Source: Octopus vulgaris
Lineage: Eukaryota
Direction: 5' to 3'
Length of the DNA: 64,000 nt
NCBI GenBank assembly: GCA_951406725.2
Contig: OX597821.1
Span: forward strand, 2,170,001-2,234,000
Shown: positions 54,839 to 64,000 of the stretch, one piece after another
Layout of the letters: each line of letters begins with the position of its first letter
How positions within the stretch are numbered: the first letter of the stretch is position 1
Translations under genes and position numbers: made by a program
Notes under the pieces: model-generated
The model's database searches: none
What the model was told of the DNA's origin: nothing
The model's input: the letters and a program-made list of their open reading frames with translations, nothing else

Positions 54839-55484
54839 ATATATGCTTATGAATGTATTTGTACATATCCATACCTTGTTTCGTCATACATATCTCTAGT
54901 CTCCCTCTCTCTTTCGTGTCTCACTCTCCCCTCTCTCTCTATATATATGTATACATGTACATATATTTACATGAGCGCGTGTGCGTATGTCTACGTATGT
55001 ATGAGTATGCGTGTGCACGTGTGCGTACGTATGTATCAATGTGTTCTCTATATACAAATATGTCTCCACATATTTTCATGCAAGTGTGCTATTTGTAACT
55101 TGGGGATAATCAACATCGCTCGACCTGATACACTATGTATATTGTTAAAAGAAAAAAATATGTAGGTAATGCAATTTTATATTGTTCAGTCTACGTAACT
55201 GAAGGATTAAATTAATAGAGGCCAGGAGGAATACTTAGGCAATAGTCATATAATTTACAACGAATAAGACCGTTTGCAAAGAGTCCCTTTGTAGATTAAC
55301 TCTATTACGAATTACGAATGAGGACTCCGTTATCAAAGCTTGGTAAAGTTCATGAGGATGTCGATAGCACTATGTTGGTTGTTTTGGGGGTACACATGTG
55401 CTATCGATCCCTTGTAGGAAATGAAGATTTCCTAATGCTATGGAAGTTCTGTGACGCTAATTTGCCTATCGTATTCCAAATTTA

Positions 55485-55745
55485 GTGGAGGCACATGGCC
55501 TAGTGGTTAGAGCAGCGGAATCACAGTTGAGGGATCGCAGGTTCGAATCTCAGACCGGGCGATGTGTGTTTATGAGCAAAACACCTAAGCTCCACTCACC
55601 ACAGCTTTCTCTCCCTCTTTCCTCTTGCATCTAGCGGCTGACCTGCGACGGACCGCGTCCCGTCCAGTTGGGAGACCTATACACCAATGAAACTGGGAAA
55701 CCGGCCCTTATGAGCCAGGGATGGCTCAAGAAATAAACAAAGCAA
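55485..55745 (+). mobile_element. tRNA-derived SINE, family D
   Basis: A box TGGCCTAGTGG, B box GGTTCGAATC, (AAAC)-rich tail. Confidence 0.88.
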
Positions 55746-56439
55746 AAACATTACAAACTTAACTTTCAAGAATCTGGAAAGCTACCTCACCGCTTATTAC
55801 ACAGACAAACTCTGAGACAAATAGCAAAAAATTAGTTGTGAATACTAAGTCTTTCCGAAATGAAGAATTTTATTACAACTAAACCAGACTTGTGAATCGC
55901 AACATCCCGATAAGAGTTGCATGAACATTAATCAGAAGAAAGAAACGTAGAGCCCGACAAATCTTACTTGCATTACCTAGAAACAAATAAATACTAAGTG
56001 ACAGGTATGATGAATAATAGAGAAGAGATGCAGTATTACTATAAACATAAGAACTGGTTGTTAGTTTCCTAGTCGCTAATACTCTATGGTGCACGATTAC
56101 AGGCGAGTAAAAGCTGATTTAGCGGTGGAATAGCGCAATGCATAGAGCTATTAAGCCTGCAAAATGCATGCTGGGAAGAATATAAGAATTAAGGGAATAG
56201 GTACAGATATCGGATAAGTAGACAGATTAAACGTGTCTCAGAGAGACACTTACGTACAACTTCAGAGAGGGAAGCTGATAGGAGGAGCTTTGACATTATT
56301 CTACGGCGAGAGGAGCCGAAGCAGTCGTAGTTATCCTCCATAGTTCAACAGGCTGAAATACGATTTGTCACGTTTATGTAACAGCGTTGTTCTCTATAAA
56401 GATATAGAAACGAAGAGCATTAATATAATATTTTACATA

Positions 56440-56848
56440 GGCGTAGGAGTGGCTGTGTGGTAAGTAGCTTGCTTACCAACCACATGGTTCCGGGTTCAGT
56501 TCCACTGCGTGGCATCTTGGGCAAATGTCTTCTGCTATAGCCCCGGGCCGACCAATGCCTTGTGAGTGGATTTGGTAGACGGAAACTGAAAGAAGCCTGT
56601 CGTATATATATATGTATGTATGCGTGTGTATATGTTTGTGTGTCTGTGTTTATCCCCCTAGCATTGCTTGACAACCGATGCTGGTGTGTTTACGTCCCCG
56701 TAACTTAGCGGTTCGGCAAAAGAGACCGATAGAATAAGTACTGGGCTTACAAAGAATAAGTCCCGGGGTCGATTTGCTCGACTAAGGGCGGTGCTCCAGC
56801 ATGGTCGCAGTCAAAATGACTGAAACAAGTAAAAGAGTAAAAGAGTAA
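56440..56848 (+). mobile_element. Family A SINE, full length and well preserved
   Basis: tRNA-like head, cttgggcaa CORE-like motif, internal microsatellite, (gtaaaaga)n tail. Confidence 0.95.
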
Positions 56849-57274
56849 GTATATATGAATATATCTCAATCGGCGATGTAATAAACGAAGAGAAATAGGT
56901 CAAGTAGGGCATATGCATTCATAGATAAATAAAGGTCGGCCTGCTTAAGTACTATTTCGAAAAAAAATGATCAATTTAATGAAATTTCTCTCGTTTTAAG
57001 AGAGAGGGAGAAGTAATATCTAACATTTAAGGCCAACATCTCTCAAACTAATGGAGAAAAAACTATTAGAAATAGGGAATTGATTTTATAAAATCTATTT
57101 TATATAATTAAGGGAAAGGTTAATTAATTGCGATATTTTTTGCGGATGTCATTCTGTTCATCAAAGCTGAATTCATTTATTGAAATAACAGTTGTCTTCT
57201 TGGGTTATTTATCTGAAAGTGTATATATATTTCATGTATCTTTATACATGCATGCATACATACATATATTACTG

Positions 57275-57498
57275 TTTTACTCTTTTAATTGCTTCGGTCA
57301 TTTGACTGCGGTCATGCTGGAGCGCCGCCTTTAGTCGAGCAAATCGACATACGGACTTATTCCTTGTAAGCCTAGTACTTATTCTATCGGTCTTTTTTTG
57401 CCGAACCGATAAGTTACATGGACGTAAACACACCAGCATCGGTTGTCCAGCAATGTTGGGAGTACAAGCACAGACACACAAACATATACACACACACA

Positions 57499-57582
<84 letters not shown>

Positions 57583-57741
57583 TATATACGACAGGCTTCT
57601 TTCAATTTCCGTCTACCAAATCAACTCACAAGGCCCGAGGCTATAGTAGAAGACACTGGCCCAATGTGCCAGGCAGTGGGACTGAACCCGGAACCATGTG
57701 ATTGGTAAGCAGGCTACTTACCACACAGCCACTCCTAAGCC
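57275..57741 (-). mobile_element. Family A SINE, near full length
   Basis: Reverse complement of the 56440 copy with an expanded (TA)n. Confidence 0.93.
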
Positions 57742-57942
57742 TATGTATATATATATAGTATATATTTTTCACAAATTTAGTTGCATACTCCATCCAACTG
57801 AAGGCTGAGGTAACGTGTTCAATACTCAATGTTTTCCATATATATTATACAACTGTATATTTATATGTGTGTGTGTGTTTGCGTGTGTATACATGTATAT
57901 ACATATATATATATACATATATGTATATAGATTTATGTATAA

Positions 57943-57974
<32 letters not shown>

Positions 57975-58010
57975 TTATATATGTATATACATACATATAT
58001 ATATATATTT

Positions 58011-58041
<31 letters not shown>

Positions 58042-59199
58042 CATATATATATGCATACACCGCCCACATATATATATATATACACACATACATATACGTA
58101 CATGCACAAACATATTTATATATATACACACATGTATTTATACATACATATATGCATGCATTCATACACACCCATATATATATATATATATACACACATA
58201 AATACATACATACATATAAGTACATGCACAAACACTCTTTCGCATACACTTTGGCACATACGTATGCACTCATATATATTATGCACGCGTTATACCCTCC
58301 CCCCCACACACAAAGATATGTTTGATTCTCACTCTCATACACGAGTCTATGTGTCTATATTACTTTCATTTTCTCTCAAACGTAATATTTTATATTCCCC
58401 TTCATCAAACAAAACTGTGCTTCTTTCATCACTGACGTAAAATTCTAGAATCACTCCTCCATCTCTGATGCTTTCTTTGAAGTTCTCTTTGACTGTATGA
58501 CCATCTATTTGTCTGTATGTCTGTTTGTCTCATCATCACTATACATCTCCCTCTCTCTCTCTCTGTTTTCTCTTTATGTATATACAGATAGACGGAAAAT
58601 ATCTGACACTCTTTTTCCCTACATACTTCCATAAACTGTATATAGAGCAATATGCAAAGCCGTAAACGTTACGTGTCTACCGATAACTTGTTATTTAGAC
58701 AAATACACAGGTCAATAGATAGACGGATGTGCATATATTATGCAATCGTGTGTGTATATCAAAAATATTGGCTGTTACAGACAAATATAGTGTATACACA
58801 CACACCGCGCGCACATATATATTTGTATATATATATATATATATTTGTATATATATGTGTATGCATATATATATGTGTGTTTGTGTATATGTATATTTAT
58901 ACACAAGCACACGTACACAAACTCATACACATACACATATATATATATATACACACGTGTGTGTTTGTCATAGAATTTCACCATTCTCGTTTATCGTTTG
59001 GAGACTGCATTTAGATTTATCTTGTTCATACTGAAAAATTTTTCAGAATATCTTGTTTTAGTTTGTTTTAAACAACTTGGTTCTTCATCTGTGCTCCGTT
59101 GTTTCTGCAGTTTATTGAATTACAAAATAGTTTCTGTTGCCCCTGAAAAGTCACTGTGACGAACAAACAAACTGTTGTGTATATTTATTTCATACAAGA

Positions 59200-59500
59200 T
59201 TCAGGAGACACTGTGTATATTATTTTCTTTTTCATGAAGGGTGTGTACTGTAGAGGCTGTGGGTTCTATTTCTTAATGCCTTGGTTTTGATCTACAAACT
59301 GCCATCACAATTCTTAAGCATGTTGTTCACAAGTAACACTGCAATCTAAACAGGCTTCAACCGAACTCTTCAGCATTGCTATTCTCTGTTTCAAACTTCG
59401 TGTTTGAAAGGTGAAACCCATGAGATGGGTTTTAAGATGAAAGCCGGTGAGATTCTCTAAACACCACTCAGCTACTTGAAGTAAGTGAATGGCTTTCATT
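59200..59500 (-). pseudogene. Possible Tc1/mariner-superfamily C-terminal remnant
   Basis: AIHLLQVAEWCLENLTGF resembles AHTxxxxQEWCxENLPxF; weak. Confidence 0.25.
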
Positions 59501-59594
59501 TGAAATAAACACTGTACGTATACGATAATGTATTGCTAAAAACGCACACACACACATATATATGTCTTTATGTAACACCATATATATATATATA

Positions 59595-59645
<51 letters not shown>

Positions 59646-60974
59646 TACATACATATATATATATGCATATATATATAGATACATACATATATATATATGC
59701 ATATATATATTTATATACATATATGTTAATGTCTATATCTATCTCTATATATATATATATATACGCGCACACTATATATATACACACAGAATAATCCTAA
59801 ATTATCTGTATTTTAATTTTTATCTAGGTAGTTGAGTTTCGAATTCCTTTGAACGTAGCTATCTTCATGTGAAATGTTATCAATAAGAAGTAAAAATCCT
59901 CCCCCAAGGCCGTCAAGTTGATAATGAATCTCCTGAATATGCGCTGAAATTATTGTAAATTGCTAAGAACGCCAACAACTTTAACGGAGAAATCAAATTC
60001 TGGAGGATAAAATAAACAATGAAAAGGGTAGTACCGTATAACAGTGTGAATGGAAGGAAGAATAAATAAATGTTTGGAAGATTTTGTACTATTTCACGGA
60101 AGATAGCTGTATGCGTTTATAGAGAAACAACTGTGCTGAGTATTGACGGAATTGAAATTTGAATGATGGTTACTGGGTAAGAAGAATTGGTTATACAGTG
60201 CCGCCCAAATGTCGCTTGTGTGTTCAAGGAAGTAATTGTAGTAAGGGCTGTATGTATGCGTCTGAATATTTGTTTGTCTAAGAGTGGAGAACTAAAGCTT
60301 GTGAGGCGTTAATGACATGAGAGTGTCATCGTATGTAAATATGATATTGAAATTACAGAATGCTCTGAGATTAACATAATAAAGTTTGTGCAATGACTAA
60401 CCTAGTATCTATGGTGTTGTATTCCCCATTCGTAAGGTCACAGTTTTGATTCGCTGTCCAGGCGCATTTGCTTTCAAATCCATCTGTAAAAGAGTCCCGA
60501 CAATATGTCATCCGATAACTCTACGGCGACCCAGCATTTCGTTTAGTGTTATAAACTTGCTTTTCGTGAGTATCTGTCCACTAGTCTATCTATTTTTCAA
60601 TCCGATTTATGTTCCGGTTAAGCCTTAGAATCTGAGTTAAACTCCGATCTTTGGTGTCCTAGGTCACATGAAAACCCTAATGATTGTCATTTTGGCACAA
60701 TTTTATGCTGTTGGTATTGTAATATATTAAAGATCAATTTGTACGAGAACCAAATTATCCAGCAGTAAACAAGGCAATATGTATGTTTTGGATATGCGAT
60801 AATAAGAGGGAAACGGGCAGGGTAACTCTTCTTTTCACCGGAAGCTAGTTTCGAAGAAAGCTACATTATTAATAAAACCTCAGTGATTGGTTTTTTTCGA
60901 AGCCGAAAATTAAATATTGATAAATGCTAAATCGTTTTGAAGGTTTCAGTAGCAGGGTTCTAATCAGTGGAATA

Positions 60975-61200
60975 GACTGCTCGTGAAATTAAGTGCAAGT
61001 AGCTGAGCACTCCACAGACATGTGTACCCTTAAAGTAGTTCTCAAACAGATTCAAAGAGTGTGACAGGGCTGACCCTTTGAAATACAGGAACTAGTAATT
61101 TTTGCCAGCTGGGTGGACTAGAACAGCATGAAATAAAGTGTCTTGCTCAATGACAAAACGCATCGCCGGTAATAAAGTCCAACTTTACAATCGTCAGTCA
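60975..61200 (-). mobile_element. Degraded family C-like SINE
   Basis: cagctgggtggactagaacagcatgaaataaagtgtcttgctcaa matches the family C body in reverse. Confidence 0.65.
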
Positions 61201-61539
61201 AATATGTGGTGGGGTAAGAGATCCTAAAAAGCAAGTTTAATGTGTGAATAATGTGAACGGGCGTGAGGAATTGAAATGGAGGGCGACACGTTGAAATGAT
61301 TTATTGTTATCGAGTAGGAAATTCAGCAAAACTTTCCTTCAAAGATCGACTAAACTTTGAATTACCTCTTCTTTATATATACGAACCACAAAGTTGGCAC
61401 CTGATTGCAAAGATTACATTTAGAGATATAGATGAAGCAACGGAAAATAAAGTCAAGATATTATAGTATATTACAGTTCTCGATGAAAGAGAAGGTATTA
61501 TAATGTACGTATTATACAAAAAAATTATGCATTTTACAT

Positions 61540-61878
61540 TATTGCGGATTCCATAGACAGCGAGGTTCACCAAATGGAGAAGTTCTTAAGCAGATAAGGC
61601 CGAAAATGTCGCTACAAGCTGGGATCACCAAACGTAGATTGATATATTTCGGTCATATTATGCGGAGAGAATCCCTGGAGAAGGACATCATACTAGGAAT
61701 GGTCAGTGGCAAGAGAGGAAGAGGCCGACCAAGAACCCGCTGGCTTGACACGATCAGGAGTGATACCGGAATGGATATGGCCAGTCTGAAGGAAGCGGCT
61801 GAAAGATACAACTGACTGGAGGACACTGATCCAACGAGTGACCGAAAGTCGACTTCGACTGAGCGGATAGAGAGAGAG
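61540..61878 (+). mobile_element. RTE (BovB-like) LINE 3' end
   Basis: LRIP*TAR..EVLKQI..RRLIYFGHIMRRESLEKDIILGMVSGKRGRGRPRTRWLDTI..WRTLIQRVTESRLRL, then an (AG)n tail. Confidence 0.93.
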
Positions 61879-62020
61879 ACATTATCTCAACTATTCTAGA
61901 TATACAGTATGTATCTTATTAATTTATTAAGGAATGTACCTTTATTAAGAGTAACATAGATACGGTGTATATTTCATATGTCTACTATACATAAAATCTG
62001 TATATGACTAAGTACATCTA

Positions 62021-62085
<65 letters not shown>

Positions 62086-62496
62086 CTCTCTCTATCTATA
62101 TGCATATGTATATATATATATATATAGATGTTTGTTCGTTTGTTTGTATGTATGTGAGACGGTATGTAGAGTGTGTTGTGTGAGTGTGTGTGAATAGGTG
62201 TATTGTAAACAGAGAATATTTTACGAAAAATAGTGTGGAGATAAGTGAAACGTGAGACAATAGAAGACATAGTTGAGGAGATAACTTAGTGACCGGCCCT
62301 CAAATATATTTCTAAATAGATAGGTATATAGTTTAGAGGTTAGATAGATCAATCGATCTAGTGATAAATTGAGAAAACAACAGACAAGTAGACGAACGGA
62401 AAGAAGTACAGATTGACAGAAAAATAGATAGACTGTCGACAGATACGCACAAATACCAAGACAAATTATACTGGTGGTAGATAGTCATATATATAT

Positions 62497-62557
<61 letters not shown>

Positions 62558-62586
62558 CATGTATCGATAGAAGATGGATATGTAGG

Positions 62587-62632
<46 letters not shown>

Positions 62633-62645
62633 CCTACATACCTAC

Positions 62646-62676
<31 letters not shown>

Positions 62677-62862
62677 CATATATTTATATATATGTATATA
62701 TCATATATATTTGCATATGTATATGTTTTATATATATATGCATGCGTTGATATATATACATATATGTATACATATGTATATATGCATATATATATTTATA
62801 TATAAATATATATATATTTATATATATATATATATATATGTATATGTATGTATATTTATATG

Positions 62863-62893
<31 letters not shown>

Positions 62894-63572
62894 TTATATA
62901 TGTATGTGTATGTATATATTTATATATGTGTCTATATATATATATATATGTATATATATATACATATGTATATGTGTATGTATTCTCACACATATACACA
63001 CATATATATTCTTTGCGTATGTGTACGCTCATGTATACATTCATGCATACATACATACATACATACACGCATGCATACATATACACATACATGCAGAGTG
63101 AGAAAGAAAATTAAAGCTTCAAATTTCGTTTAAACTTTTTTTAACTTTGGCAACTTTGCCTCAACTTTCTTAACTTGTTCGATTCGTTAAATTTTATAGA
63201 AGCAGCGTAAATTTTAACAGATAAAAAAATTAGAGCAATACAAATTCACAAAATAAAAACAAAAACACGTGACAAAAAACAACTACAAAGACAACAAAAC
63301 CTGAAGTAGTTTACACTTTGCAATTAGAGTTACTATAGATAAAGCTACATCTTCTTTTGATGATATATACATAGTAGTAGTATGATGAGCTATAACTGTA
63401 TTGGTGCAATCAATTAATACTTTATTGCGTCGTTGCACTTTTAAAGTGACTTTCTTTGTCAGATATAGTCGTATGTATGTATGTATGTATGTATGTATGT
63501 ATGTATGTATTATGTATGTATGTATGTAGGTAGGTACGTATGTATGTTTGTATGTATATATGCTTACACGCA

Positions 63573-63639
<67 letters not shown>

Positions 63640-63716
63640 GCATAAATATATGCATATATATGTATAGATATGTATGTGTATATATAAATATATATATATA
63701 CATGCACACATAACTA

Positions 63717-63765
<49 letters not shown>

Positions 63766-64000
63766 TTGTGTGTGTCTGTGTGTATGTATATATATATATA
63801 CATATATTTATGTATACACATATGTTTGTATATATATATATATGTATACTTATGCATATATAGACATATATATATATGTATACATGTGTGTATATACATA
63901 TATATATATATATATGTATGTATATATATATATATATTCACATATACATACACACACACGCACACACACATATATAAATATATGTATATACATATATATA

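Overview
AT-rich, repeat-saturated eukaryotic non-coding DNA (intronic or intergenic). It is very probably from an octopus or other coleoid cephalopod; this is inferred from the extreme (TA)n/(CA)n/(TATC)n/(TACA)n/(TAA)n load and the tRNA-derived SINE families, not from a database search. I found no host protein-coding exon that I can support, and almost all listed ORFs are microsatellite translations. Recognisable content: four tRNA-derived SINE families (about 25 copies or fragments), two mariner elements with both TIRs, two Tc1 remnants, hAT remnants, two non-autonomous Helitrons, RTE, CR1/L2 and R4/Dong LINE fragments, and Penelope-like (PLE) remnants. The most interesting signal is at the RNA level: about 8 type I hammerhead ribozyme (HHR) motifs from about 6 unrelated sequence contexts. 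They include two cores with a U3-A8 change at the C3-G8 tertiary pair, one of them inside a 367-bp retrozyme-sized unit, and a tRNA-headed, HHR-carrying element inserted as an inverted dimer with a 12-bp TSD. Long fold-back palindromes and mosaic exact local duplications are also noted. All folds and alignments were done by eye, and repeat boundaries are approximate.
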